Shown here piece by piece: positions 21,902 through 31,072 of a DNA stretch of 64,000 nucleotides. A model generated the notes under the pieces. The model made no database searches. It was not told where the DNA came from and saw nothing but the letters and a program-made list of their open reading frames with translations. Location: NCBI GenBank assembly GCA_035498555.1, contig DATKAB010000053.1, positions 62,608 through 126,607 on the forward strand. Direction: 5' to 3'. This stretch comes from Candidatus Sulfotelmatobacter sp. Lineage in GTDB: Bacteria > Eisenbacteria > RBG-16-71-46. How positions within the stretch are numbered: position 1 is the first letter of the stretch; every line of letters starts with the position of its first letter. The position numbers and the translations under genes are program-made.

Positions 21902-23220
21902 TCGCTCGGCCGCAGCGAACCATCCAGCGCGAGGCCTCGTTCGAGGGGGTCGGGCTCCACACCGGCGAGAAGGGCCGGGTGACCTTCAAGCCCGCCGTGG
22001 TCGGCTCGGGAATTCGATTCGTCCGCACCGATCTGGCCGGCCGCCCCACCGTCACGGTGCGGCCCGAGAACGCCGCCTTCGATCCCAGCGCCGGACGCCG
22101 CACCATCCTGCAGGAGAACGGCGTCCAGATCCACACCATGGAGCATCTGCTCGCGGCGGTGGCCGGGCTCGGCATCGACAACCTGATGATCGAGACCTCG
22201 ACCATGGAGATCCCCGAGCCGGCCGACGGCAGTGCCGCGCCGATCGCCCGCATTCTCCAATCCGCCGGCTTCGTCGAGCAGGATCGGGCCCGCCGCCACC
22301 TCAAGGTGACGCGGCCGGTGGTGTGGTCGGAGAACGGGGTCTCGCTGTCGGCGGTTCCATTTCAGGGCTTTCGCATTACCTTCCAGATCGACTACGACCA
22401 CCCGATGATCGGGCGGCAAACCGTGACCTTCGACATCGACGACGAGACCTTCATGCGCGAGATCGCCCCGGCGCGCACCTTCGTGCTCGAGCGCGACGTC
22501 GAAGCTCTGCGCACCGCTGGCTGGATCAAGGGCGGACGCATCGAGAGCGCGGTGGTGGTGGGGGAGAACGGCCTGCGCAATCCCGAGCCGCTCCGCTATC
22601 CGGACGAGTTCGCGCGCCACAAGGTGCTGGATCTGCTCGGCGATCTGTCGCTGCTCGGCGGACCGCTGCTCGGTCACGTGACCGCGGTCAAGGCTGGCCA
22701 CCAGAGCCACGTGGCGTTCGTCAAGCACCTGAAGGAGACCCTGCCGCTGCCCGGGCGCCGGCCGGGAAGTCCGGCCGACGAGTGGGACGTCACCGCGGTG
22801 ATGGACATCCTTCCGCATCGGTATCCCTTCCTGCTGGTGGATCGCGTCACCGGCTTGGAGGAGGGGAAGTGGATCGAAGGCATCAAGAACGTCACCATCA
22901 ACGAGCCCTTCTTCCAGGGACACTTCCCGGGCCACCCGATCATGCCGGCGGTGCTGATCATCGAGGCGATGGCGCAGGTGGGCGGACTGCTGCTGCTCAA
23001 CTCGATCGACGATCCGCACGACAAGTTGATGTACTTCATGGGCATCGACGCGGCGAAATTCCGCCGCCCGGTCACGCCTGGGGATCAGATTCGCTTCCAT
23101 CTGTCGCTGCTCAAGTTGCGCAAGGGCACCTCGAAAATGCGCGGCGAGGCCTTCGTCGGCGACCAGCTGGTCGCCGAGGCCGAGCTGCTGGCGATGGTCG
23201 TGGATCGGCGCCGGACGTGA
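21898..23220 (+). CDS. lpxC/fabZ: bifunctional UDP-3-O-acyl-N-acetylglucosamine deacetylase / 3-hydroxyacyl-ACP dehydratase (LpxC/FabZ fusion)
   Basis: N-terminal LpxC (HTMEHLLAA zinc-site region) joined in-frame to a C-terminal FabZ hot-dog domain (FFQGHFPGHPIMPAVLIIEAMAQ). ATG overlaps the lpxD stop. Confidence 0.9.
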   Translation: MIARPQRTIQREASFEGVGLHTGEKGRVTFKPAVVGSGIRFVRTDLAGRPTVTVRPENAAFDPSAGRRTILQENGVQIHTMEHLLAAVAGLGIDNLMIETSTMEIPEPADGSAAPIARILQSAGFVEQDRARRHLKVTRPVVWSENGVSLSAVPFQGFRITFQIDYDHPMIGRQTVTFDIDDETFMREIAPARTFVLERDVEALRTAGWIKGGRIESAVVVGENGLRNPEPLRYPDEFARHKVLDLLGDLSLLGGPLLGHVTAVKAGHQSHVAFVKHLKETLPLPGRRPGSPADEWDVTAVMDILPHRYPFLLVDRVTGLEEGKWIEGIKNVTINEPFFQGHFPGHPIMPAVLIIEAMAQVGGLLLLNSIDDPHDKLMYFMGIDAAKFRRPVTPGDQIRFHLSLLKLRKGTSKMRGEAFVGDQLVAEAELLAMVVDRRRT

Positions 23221-23993
23221 GCACCCGCATTCATCCCGCCGCGCTGGTGGATCCCGGCGCGCAGCTTGGAACCGACGTCGAGGTCGGCCCGGGTACGGTG
23301 GTCGGGCCCCATGCGCGGATCGGGGATCGCACCCGGATCGGCTCGTGCGCGCTGATCACCGGCTGGGCCCGAATCGGCAGCGATTGCAAGCTCCATCATG
23401 GCGCGGTGGTCGGCAGCCCGCCCCAGGATCTCAAGTATCCGGGCGAGGAGTCGTACCTCGAGATCGGTGATCGCACCGAGGTTCGCGAGTTCGTCACCGC
23501 GAATTTGGCCACCGAGCCGGGCGCGACGACGCGCATCGGCAGCGAGTGCCTGTTGATGGCCTACTCGCATGTCGCGCACGATTGCCAGCTCGGCAGTCAT
23601 GTGGTGGTGGCGAACTCGGTACAGTTCGCCGGCTACGTCACGGTCGAGGACTGGGCGATCGTCGGCGGCGGTTCGCTGATTCACCAGTTCGTTCGGATTG
23701 GTTGCCACGCGATGATCGGAGGCGGCTCGCGGATTCCGCAGGACGTGGCACCCTACATCACGCTGGCCGGCAGCCCCCCGCGTCTCGCCGGGATCAACGT
23801 GATCGGGCTCGAGCGCCGCGGGTTCGGGAAGGAGACGGTGGACGCCCTGAACGGCGCGTATCGGGTGTTGTTTCGCGAAGGGCTGAACCTCGGCGAGGCG
23901 GTATCCGCTCTGCGCGATCGCTACGCCGCCCATCCCGAGGTGGAACACCTCGCACGCTTTGCCGAGACGTCGACGCGGGGGCTGACGCGATGA
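23217..23993 (+). CDS. lpxA: acyl-ACP--UDP-N-acetylglucosamine O-acyltransferase
   Basis: GTG overlaps the fusion-gene stop; hexapeptide-repeat beta-helix and the LpxA C-terminal helical domain. Confidence 0.9.
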   Translation: MSTRIHPAALVDPGAQLGTDVEVGPGTVVGPHARIGDRTRIGSCALITGWARIGSDCKLHHGAVVGSPPQDLKYPGEESYLEIGDRTEVREFVTANLATEPGATTRIGSECLLMAYSHVAHDCQLGSHVVVANSVQFAGYVTVEDWAIVGGGSLIHQFVRIGCHAMIGGGSRIPQDVAPYITLAGSPPRLAGINVIGLERRGFGKETVDALNGAYRVLFREGLNLGEAVSALRDRYAAHPEVEHLARFAETSTRGLTR

Positions 23994-24988
23994 AGCCGGT
24001 TCGGGTCGGTGTGGCGGGAGTCGGCACCTGGGGCGAGAAGCACGCGCGCGTCTATCAGGCGATCCCCGAGGCCACGCTGGTCGGGGTGTTCGACGAGAAT
24101 GCCGAGCGCTCGCGCTCGGTGGCGCAGCAACACGGATGCGCGGTTTTCGACTCGCTCGACGAGCTGCTGGCGGAGGTCGAAGCGGTTTCGGTCGCGGTGC
24201 CCACGGTCGCGCACCGCGCGATGTTCGAGCGCGTGGCCAAGGCGGGTCGTCACGCGCTGGTGGAGAAGCCGATGGCGGTCACGGTCGAAGAGGCCGATGC
24301 GATGCGCGCCGCGGCCCAGCAGGCGGGTGTGAAGCTCCAGATCGGCCAGGTCGAGCGGTTCAATCCGGCGTTCGTGGCCGCTGCCGCGCACCTCAAGTCG
24401 GCGCGCTTTGTCGAGGCGCACCGCCTCGCGTTGTTCCAGCCGCGCTCGCTCGACATCGACGTGGTGTTCGATCTCATGATCCACGACATCGACCTCGTGC
24501 TCGCGCGCGTCGGCGAGTCGCCCGCGCAGATTTCGGCGGTCGGCGTGGCGGTGCTGTCCGAGAACGAGGACATCGCCAACGCGCGGCTCGAGTTCGAGAG
24601 CGGCGCGGTCGCAAATCTGACGGCGAGCCGGGTGTCGCAGGAACGTCTTCGCCGGATCCGGTTCTTCCAGGACGACGCCTACGTCGCCATCGACCTGTTC
24701 GAGAAGACCTGCGATCTGCTGCACGTGGATGTCGAACAGTTGCGCCGCGCCGCGCCGTTCGGCCTGGCCGCGGCCATGGGCGCGATCACCCGCCGGCGGC
24801 TGCCGGTGGATGCCGGCGAGCCCCTGACGCTCGAGCTGACCGCGTTCCTGCGCTCGCTGCGCGGCGAGGGGACGGGTGCGGCGTCTGCGGAGGCGGGGCG
24901 CGAGGCCCTCGCGGTGGCGGCCGAGGTGCGCGCCGCGATGAAGGCCCGAACCCGGCAGTGGGCGACTCACTCCAGCGCCGTCTCCTGA
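23990..24988 (+). CDS. Gfo/Idh/MocA-family NAD(P)-dependent oxidoreductase (possible GnnA-like UDP-GlcNAc 3-dehydrogenase)
   Basis: N-terminal Rossmann motif VGVAGVGTWGEKHA and the EKP motif typical of Gfo/Idh/MocA; translationally coupled between lpxA and lpxB. Confidence 0.7.
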   Translation: MKPVRVGVAGVGTWGEKHARVYQAIPEATLVGVFDENAERSRSVAQQHGCAVFDSLDELLAEVEAVSVAVPTVAHRAMFERVAKAGRHALVEKPMAVTVEEADAMRAAAQQAGVKLQIGQVERFNPAFVAAAAHLKSARFVEAHRLALFQPRSLDIDVVFDLMIHDIDLVLARVGESPAQISAVGVAVLSENEDIANARLEFESGAVANLTASRVSQERLRRIRFFQDDAYVAIDLFEKTCDLLHVDVEQLRRAAPFGLAAAMGAITRRRLPVDAGEPLTLELTAFLRSLRGEGTGAASAEAGREALAVAAEVRAAMKARTRQWATHSSAVS

Positions 24989-26091
24989 TCGTCGCCGGTG
25001 AAGCGTCGGGCGATCTCCACGCCGCCCGGCTGCTCACGGCATTGCGCGCGCGGATCGAGGTGGACGCGCGCGGGGTCACGGGTCCGGCGCTCGAGGCCGC
25101 CGGGGCGAAGCGCCTCGCGCCCATGGATCGCCTGGCGGTGATCGGCTTCACCGGCGTGCTCAGGCGGCTCCCGGCGATACGCGGAGTGTTCCGGACTCTG
25201 AATCGCGAAGTGCGCGAGAACCCTCCGGACGCCGCGCTGCTGGTGGATTCGCCGGGTTTCAACTTCCGTCTGGGGCCCGGGCTGCATGCGCGCGGCATCA
25301 AGGTCTTCTACTACATCGCGCCGCAGGTGTGGGCCTGGCACGCGGAACGCGCCCGCCAGATGGCGGGCTGGGTGGATCGCCTGGCGGTGGTATTCCCGTT
25401 CGAGGAGCCGCTGTTCCACGACGCCGGCGTCACCACCCGATGGGTCGGCCATCCGCTGCTCGACGACTTCCGGCCCGAGGTCGAGGAGAGCGCCTGGCGA
25501 GCCGAGCTGGGGCTCGCCAGGGATGCGCCGGTGCTGGGCCTGTTGCCCGGCAGCCGACCGCAGGAGATCGAGCGGCACCGTGGCCCGCTGCTCGAAGCGG
25601 CGGCCCGCCTGCGCGCGGATCGCCCGAGCCTCGCCGCGGTGATGGCATTGCCGCCGCGCTCGAGTGGCGCCGCGCCGCAGGTCTCGCGCGAGGATGGCGT
25701 GACGGTGGTGCGCGGGCGCACCCGCGCCACCCAGGCGTTCGCCCGCGCCTGCGCGGTGGCGTCGGGAACCGCCACGCTCGAAACCGCGCTGTTCGCCACT
25801 CCGCTGGTGGTGATCTACCGCACCGGCTGGCTCAACTGGGAGCTGGGTCGCCGGCTGGTGCGCCTGCCGCGCATCGGGTTGCCCAACATCGTCGCCGGTG
25901 AAGAGGTGGCTCCCGAGCTGCTCCAGCGCGACCTCACCGCCACGAAACTGGCCGAGCTGCTGGCGCCGTGGCTCGACGACGACGCGCAGCGCGCGCGGGC
26001 GAGCGAACGTCTGCGCCGCGTGCGCGAAAAGCTCGGCGGTCCGGGCGCTTCGGCGCGCGCCGCCGACTGGCTGGCGGAGATGCTCGCATGA
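24958..26091 (+). CDS. lpxB: lipid-A-disaccharide synthase
   Basis: N-terminal LLIVAGEASGD and GT-B fold matching LpxB. The start is set at the in-frame GTG (MGDSLQRRLLIVAGE), which overlaps the oxidoreductase 3' end by about 30 nt. Confidence 0.85.
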   Translation: MGDSLQRRLLIVAGEASGDLHAARLLTALRARIEVDARGVTGPALEAAGAKRLAPMDRLAVIGFTGVLRRLPAIRGVFRTLNREVRENPPDAALLVDSPGFNFRLGPGLHARGIKVFYYIAPQVWAWHAERARQMAGWVDRLAVVFPFEEPLFHDAGVTTRWVGHPLLDDFRPEVEESAWRAELGLARDAPVLGLLPGSRPQEIERHRGPLLEAAARLRADRPSLAAVMALPPRSSGAAPQVSREDGVTVVRGRTRATQAFARACAVASGTATLETALFATPLVVIYRTGWLNWELGRRLVRLPRIGLPNIVAGEEVAPELLQRDLTATKLAELLAPWLDDDAQRARASERLRRVREKLGGPGASARAADWLAEMLA

Positions 26092-26771
26092 GCGAGTCGG
26101 CCAGCCGGCGCGAGGACGCGTACCCGTGGTGGACGGCTCCCGCGGCGTGGCTGGGTGCGGCACTGCTCCGTACCCTGGGTTCGACGTGGCGGGTCGAGCG
26201 CGTCGGCCAGGCCGAGCACGACGCTCGGTCGAGCGGCGGCGCTCACTGTATCTTCGCGCTCTGGCACTCGCGCCTGCTGCCTCTCACCTACTTCCATCGC
26301 GATCGAGGAATCGCCGCGCTGATCAGCCGGCATCGTGACGGCGAGCTGGTGACGCGAGTGGTCGAGCGACTGGGATACGAGACCGCCCGCGGCTCGAGCA
26401 CGCGGGGCGGCGAGGAGGGGCTTCTCGAGATGATCGGCTGGACGGAACGCGGCCGCTCGCTGGCGTTCACTCCGGATGGCCCGCGCGGCCCGGCCGAGCG
26501 CGTGAAGCCGGGCCTGGCCTATCTGGCCAGTCGCACCGGAGTGCCGATCCTGCCGGTCGCGGCCGCCGCGCGATCCGAGTGGCGATTGCGATCGTGGGAC
26601 GGATTTCGCGTACCGAAGCCGTTCTCGCGACTGGTCGTTGCGTACGGGACGGCGATCCAGGTCCCGCCCGGGCTCGACCGCGACGCATTGGAGAGCTGGC
26701 GGGCGGAGATCGAGCGGCGGATCACCGCCGCGACCCGCGTGGCGGACGAGCGCGCCGGGAACCCGGCATGA
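26088..26771 (+). CDS. DUF374-family lysophospholipid acyltransferase-like protein (LpxJ-like putative lipid A late acyltransferase)
   Basis: ATG overlaps the lpxB stop. 227 aa with an LPLAT-like WHSR motif (HX4D variant); sits between lpxB and waaA. Confidence 0.55.
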   Translation: MSESASRREDAYPWWTAPAAWLGAALLRTLGSTWRVERVGQAEHDARSSGGAHCIFALWHSRLLPLTYFHRDRGIAALISRHRDGELVTRVVERLGYETARGSSTRGGEEGLLEMIGWTERGRSLAFTPDGPRGPAERVKPGLAYLASRTGVPILPVAAAARSEWRLRSWDGFRVPKPFSRLVVAYGTAIQVPPGLDRDALESWRAEIERRITAATRVADERAGNPA

Positions 26772-28015
26772 GCGTGGCCTGGGCGGCCTATCGCGTGGTG
26801 GCGCCGTGGCTCGGGGCTCTCGCTCCCGGCGTGCGGTGGTTCACGCCGCAGGCCGAGCGCTCGCTGTGGCGCGAACGGCTGGGAGAGGTGAGCTCAGCCG
26901 GAGTCTGCGACGCCTGGATCCATGCCTCGTCGCTGGGCGAGGCGCTGGCGGTGGGTCCGCTGATTGGAGAGCTGCGCGCGCTCGAGCCCGCCGCGCGCTT
27001 CTGGCTCACGGCCTCGACGCGCTCCGGCCGCAGCCGGCTCGAAGCGCTCGGGGAGCCGGTGAGCCTCGCGCCGCTCGACGCGCCGCAAATTGTCGCGCGC
27101 TTCTTCGCGTCGGTCCGACCCCGGCGCCTGTTCCTCATCGAGACCGAGCTGTGGCCGCACTGGCTGCTGCAGGCGCGCGCCGAGAGCATCCCGGTGGTGG
27201 CGTTGAGCGCGCGGCTCTCGGCCGGTTCGGTGCGCGAGTACCGTCGGCTCGGCGAGGACTTCCGCGCGCTGGTGTCAGGAGTTTCGGGCGTGCTCGCCCA
27301 GAGCGACGCGGATGCCCAGCGCTGGCTCAGGCTCGGCGCTCCCCGCGACCGAACCTGCGTGGCCGGCAATCTCAAGAACGACGCTCTGCCGTGGCCGGCC
27401 TCCGATCGCGGCGCGGCTCGCGGCGAGCTCGGGCTCGAGCTGGAGCGGCCGCTGCTGATCCTCGGCAACGTGCGCCCCGGCGAGGTACGGAAGCTGGCGC
27501 GCGCCTGGGGCCGACTGCCGGTGGCGCTACGGCGCCGCTGGCAGGTGGTGGCGGTGCCGCGCCATCCGCGCGCGGTCGCCGACCTCAAGGAGGAGGCGCG
27601 CCAGGCGAGCGCCGCGGGTGGGAGTGGAGACGCTCTCGGCGCATGGCGCTGGGAGGATCGGCTCGGCGTGCTGACGCGCTACTATGCGGTCGCGGACGCG
27701 GCGTTCGTGGGCGGGAGCCTGATCGCGTACGGCGGGCACAATCCGCTCGAGCCTGCGGCGTGCGGCGCGGCGGTGATGATGGGGCCGCACCACGATTCGC
27801 AACGCTCCGGAGTGGTGGCGCTGGAGAAACGCTCCGCGATTCGAGTCCTGGAGCCCGGCGAGCCCATCGATTCGGCGCTGCTCGATTGGTTGGGTGACGA
27901 GCGCCGGCTGCGCGAGCAGGGTGAGGCGGCGCGCGCCGCGATCGATCCGCTGCGCGGGGTCGCGCGACGCACCGTCGCGCAGCTCGCCGCCTGGCGGCTG
28001 TGGGCCGGAAGATGA
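26768..28015 (+). CDS. waaA: 3-deoxy-D-manno-octulosonic acid (Kdo) transferase
   Basis: ATG overlaps the upstream stop; N-terminal GT30 domain (WIHASSLGEA) and C-terminal GT-B domain typical of WaaA/KdtA. Confidence 0.85.
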   Translation: MSVAWAAYRVVAPWLGALAPGVRWFTPQAERSLWRERLGEVSSAGVCDAWIHASSLGEALAVGPLIGELRALEPAARFWLTASTRSGRSRLEALGEPVSLAPLDAPQIVARFFASVRPRRLFLIETELWPHWLLQARAESIPVVALSARLSAGSVREYRRLGEDFRALVSGVSGVLAQSDADAQRWLRLGAPRDRTCVAGNLKNDALPWPASDRGAARGELGLELERPLLILGNVRPGEVRKLARAWGRLPVALRRRWQVVAVPRHPRAVADLKEEARQASAAGGSGDALGAWRWEDRLGVLTRYYAVADAAFVGGSLIAYGGHNPLEPAACGAAVMMGPHHDSQRSGVVALEKRSAIRVLEPGEPIDSALLDWLGDERRLREQGEAARAAIDPLRGVARRTVAQLAAWRLWAGR

Positions 28016-28962
28016 GCATGGCCGGGGCGGTGGCGCGCGTCGTGGAGTGGGGCTGGGAGCTCCGTCGCTCGGCGTATGCGCGCGGCTGGCGAAGGCCCGA
28101 GCGGGTCGGCGCGCGCGTGGTGAGCGTCGGCAATCTCACCCTGGGCGGCACCGGCAAGACCACGCTCACCCGACACCTGGCCGGGGTGTTGCGCGAGCGC
28201 GGGCGCAGGGTGGCGGTGGTGTGCCGGCGCTATCATCCCGGGCCGGCCGGCGAAGGCGACGAAGAGCGCCTGCTGCGCGAGAGCCTGCCGGGGATTCCGG
28301 TGCTGGCCGGACGGAGCAAGCTCGAGCTGGCACGCCGGGCAGTCGACGAAGGATGCGATCTGGTGCTGGTGGATGACGGTTTCTCGCACTGGCCGCTCGA
28401 GCGCGATCTCGACATCGTGCTGGTGGATGGGCGCACGGCGCTGGAGCGGGAGGCGCTGTTTCCGGGCGGCCGGTTGCGCGAGCCATGGCGTGCGCTGCAG
28501 CGGGCGCAGTGGGTGGTCCTGTCGCGCCTCGACGCCGGGGAGGATCCGGGGCCGCGGTTCGCATGGCTCCGCCGGCGGGCGCCCGGCGCGCGTTTCGCGG
28601 CCGGTCGGCACGCGGTGTGCGGCGTGCGCGAAGCGCGCGGCTCCTGGCTTTCGGGAGGCGCGCGGGTGCGGGTGGTGACCGCGACCGGCAATCCCGGGTC
28701 GGTCGAACGGACGGCGCGCGAGGCGGGACTCGAGGTGGTCAGCGCCTCACGCTATCGCGATCACCACTGGTTCTCGGCCGACGAGGCTCGGCGCGAGCAG
28801 CAGGCCGCGGATCGAAGCGCGAGTCGCGTGCTGCTGACCGCCAAGGACGCGGTGCGCTGGCCCGAGGCAGCCGGGCCGCCGCCGCTGGTGCTGGAAGTGG
28901 CGTGGGAGTGGGTCTGGGGCGGCGCGGAGCTCGAGCGAAGCGCGGCCGGAGAGGACCGGTGA
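28012..28962 (+). CDS. lpxK: tetraacyldisaccharide 4'-kinase
   Basis: P-loop VSVGNLTLGGTGKT characteristic of LpxK; ATG overlaps the waaA stop. Confidence 0.8.
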   Translation: MSMAGAVARVVEWGWELRRSAYARGWRRPERVGARVVSVGNLTLGGTGKTTLTRHLAGVLRERGRRVAVVCRRYHPGPAGEGDEERLLRESLPGIPVLAGRSKLELARRAVDEGCDLVLVDDGFSHWPLERDLDIVLVDGRTALEREALFPGGRLREPWRALQRAQWVVLSRLDAGEDPGPRFAWLRRRAPGARFAAGRHAVCGVREARGSWLSGGARVRVVTATGNPGSVERTAREAGLEVVSASRYRDHHWFSADEARREQQAADRSASRVLLTAKDAVRWPEAAGPPPLVLEVAWEWVWGGAELERSAAGEDR

Positions 28963-30602
28963 GCGACCCCGACGTTCTGATCATCGGCAGCGGCATCGCA
29001 GGTCTGATGCTCGCTCTCAAGTCCGCTCGCTTCGGCGACGTGCGGGTGGTCTCGAAGCGGCGCGCCGAGGAATCGAGCACCAACTGGGCGCAGGGCGGGA
29101 TCGCGGCGGTGTTCGAGACCGGCGACACGTTCGCCGACCACATTCGCGACACCCTGCGCTGCGGCGGCTCGCTGAGCGACCCGCGCGTGGTGCGGCGGGT
29201 GGTCGAACAGGCGCCCGCCTGCGTGGACGAGCTCGCCGATCTGGGCGTGCCGTTCAACCGCGCCCGCCATGGCTTCGCGCTCGGACGCGAAGGCGGGCAT
29301 TCTCACCGTCGAATCGTCCATGCCAGCGATTTCACCGGTGCGGCGATCGAGCGCGTGCTACTCGACCGGGTGCAGAGCCATCCGCGCATCGAGCTGCTCG
29401 AGGATCAGCTGGCGGTGGATCTGATCCTCGAGTCGCGCTTGCGCGGCCGGCGGGCGGCTCGGGATGGCGACACCTGCTGGGGCGCCTACGTGATGGACCG
29501 CACCACCTCGCGCATCCGCCCGATGACCGCGCGGGTGACGGCGCTCGCGACCGGCGGCTGCGGCAAGGTCTACCTCTACACCACCAATCCCGACGTGGCG
29601 ACCGGCGATGGACTGGCGATGGCGTTCCGCGCCGGCCTTCCGATCGCCGACGTCGAGTTCGTCCAGTTCCATCCCACCTGCCTGTACCACCCGCGCGAGC
29701 GCTCGTTCCTGTTGAGTGAAGCGCTGCGCGGCGAGGGCGCGGTGCTGCGCACGCTTGGCGGCGAGCGTTTCATGAAGCGCTATCACCGCCAGGCGGAGCT
29801 GGCGCCGCGCGATGTCGTGGCGCGCGCCATCGATCGCGAGATGAAGCGGCGTGGCGAGCCCCACGTCTTCCTCGACATCAGTCATCGTCCGGCGGCGCTG
29901 ATCCGCCGGCGATTCCCGAACATCGACGCGCGGCTCCGGGCGCTCGGATTCGACCTGACGCGCGACCCGATCCCGGTGGTACCGGCGGCTCACTACATGT
30001 GCGGGGGCGTGGTCGCGGAGCTCACGGGCCGCACCTCGATGCGCGGCTTGCTGGCGCTCGGCGAGGTGGCGCGCACCGGACTCCATGGCGCGAATCGTCT
30101 CGCCAGCAACTCGCTGCTCGAAGCGCTGGTGAGCGCCCGCGAAGCGGCCGGAGAGGTCGCGCGGCGCCTCGCCGAGACTTCGCGCGCGCCGCGCGCGGAA
30201 GCCTGGCGCACTCGCGGCACTCGCCCGGCGCTCGAAGCCGTGGTCTTCGATCACGACTGGGATGCGGTGCGTCGCGCGATGTGGGATCTGGTGGGCATCG
30301 TGCGCTCGGATCAGCGTCTGTCGGCCGCGCGGCGTTTGCTCGACCTGCTCGGTGAAGAGATCGAACGGGATTACGACCGGCTGCTCCTCGGCCCCGACCT
30401 GATCGAGCTGCGCAACATCACCCAGGTGGGACGACTGATCGTGGAGGCCGCGCGGCGGCGCTCGGAGAGCCGCGGGCTTCACGAGACGCTCGATCATCCC
30501 GGCTCGCGGCGGTCGTGGGCGGGTCGCAGCATCGTTCTGTCACGGGGATCGAACGGCGAGCTGCGGGCGCGTCTTGCCACGCTTCGCGCCCGCGACCTAT
30601 AG
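28959..30602 (+). CDS. nadB: L-aspartate oxidase
   Basis: GTG overlaps the lpxK stop. FAD-binding DVLIIGSGIAGL and the succinate dehydrogenase/fumarate reductase flavoprotein-family motifs (HYMCGG, RTGLHGANRLASNSLLE). Confidence 0.85.
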   Translation: MSDPDVLIIGSGIAGLMLALKSARFGDVRVVSKRRAEESSTNWAQGGIAAVFETGDTFADHIRDTLRCGGSLSDPRVVRRVVEQAPACVDELADLGVPFNRARHGFALGREGGHSHRRIVHASDFTGAAIERVLLDRVQSHPRIELLEDQLAVDLILESRLRGRRAARDGDTCWGAYVMDRTTSRIRPMTARVTALATGGCGKVYLYTTNPDVATGDGLAMAFRAGLPIADVEFVQFHPTCLYHPRERSFLLSEALRGEGAVLRTLGGERFMKRYHRQAELAPRDVVARAIDREMKRRGEPHVFLDISHRPAALIRRRFPNIDARLRALGFDLTRDPIPVVPAAHYMCGGVVAELTGRTSMRGLLALGEVARTGLHGANRLASNSLLEALVSAREAAGEVARRLAETSRAPRAEAWRTRGTRPALEAVVFDHDWDAVRRAMWDLVGIVRSDQRLSAARRLLDLLGEEIERDYDRLLLGPDLIELRNITQVGRLIVEAARRRSESRGLHETLDHPGSRRSWAGRSIVLSRGSNGELRARLATLRARDL

Positions 30603-30627
30603 TCGGAGCAGACCGCGACTCGAGGAG

Positions 30628-31032
30628 ACCATGGCTCAGGAAATCGCCTTCTGGGAAGTGGTGGACGAGATCCGCGAGGCCGACGGGCGGTATCGCCGCG
30701 AGGCCTACGGCTTCCTGATGGCGGCGCTCGGCATCACCGTGCACGGGCTTCCCGAGGAGCGGAAGCTGGATCCGGCGCGGCGGCACCTGAGCGGCGGCGA
30801 GCTGCTGGAGGGAATGGTGCGGCTCGCGCGCAACGAATTCGGCGAGCTCGCCCCGACCGTGTTCAGCGAGTGGGGTGTCCATCACGGAGAGGATGTCGGC
30901 GAGATGGTCTTCCAGCTGGTGGCGAGCGGGCAGCTCAGCGCCCGGCCGGAGGACACCCTCGAGGACTTTCGCGGGTTTCGCCTGATGGAGGCGCTGCGCG
31001 GAGGCGGTACGCTCCCCGCCGGGTCCTCGTGA
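30628..31032 (+). CDS. hypothetical protein (134 aa, acidic, no recognisable domain)
   Basis: ATG preceded by a GGAGACC ribosome-binding site; embedded between nadB and msbA. Confidence 0.4.
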   Translation, partial: TMAQEIAFWEVVDEIREADGRYRREAYGFLMAALGITVHGLPEERKLDPARRHLSGGELLEGMVRLARNEFGELAPTVFSEWGVHHGEDVGEMVFQLVASGQLSARPEDTLEDFRGFRLMEALRGGGTLPAGSS

Positions 31033-31072
31033 GGCCACGTCCGGCCGCGAGTCGCCCTCTCGCCGTCGCACG

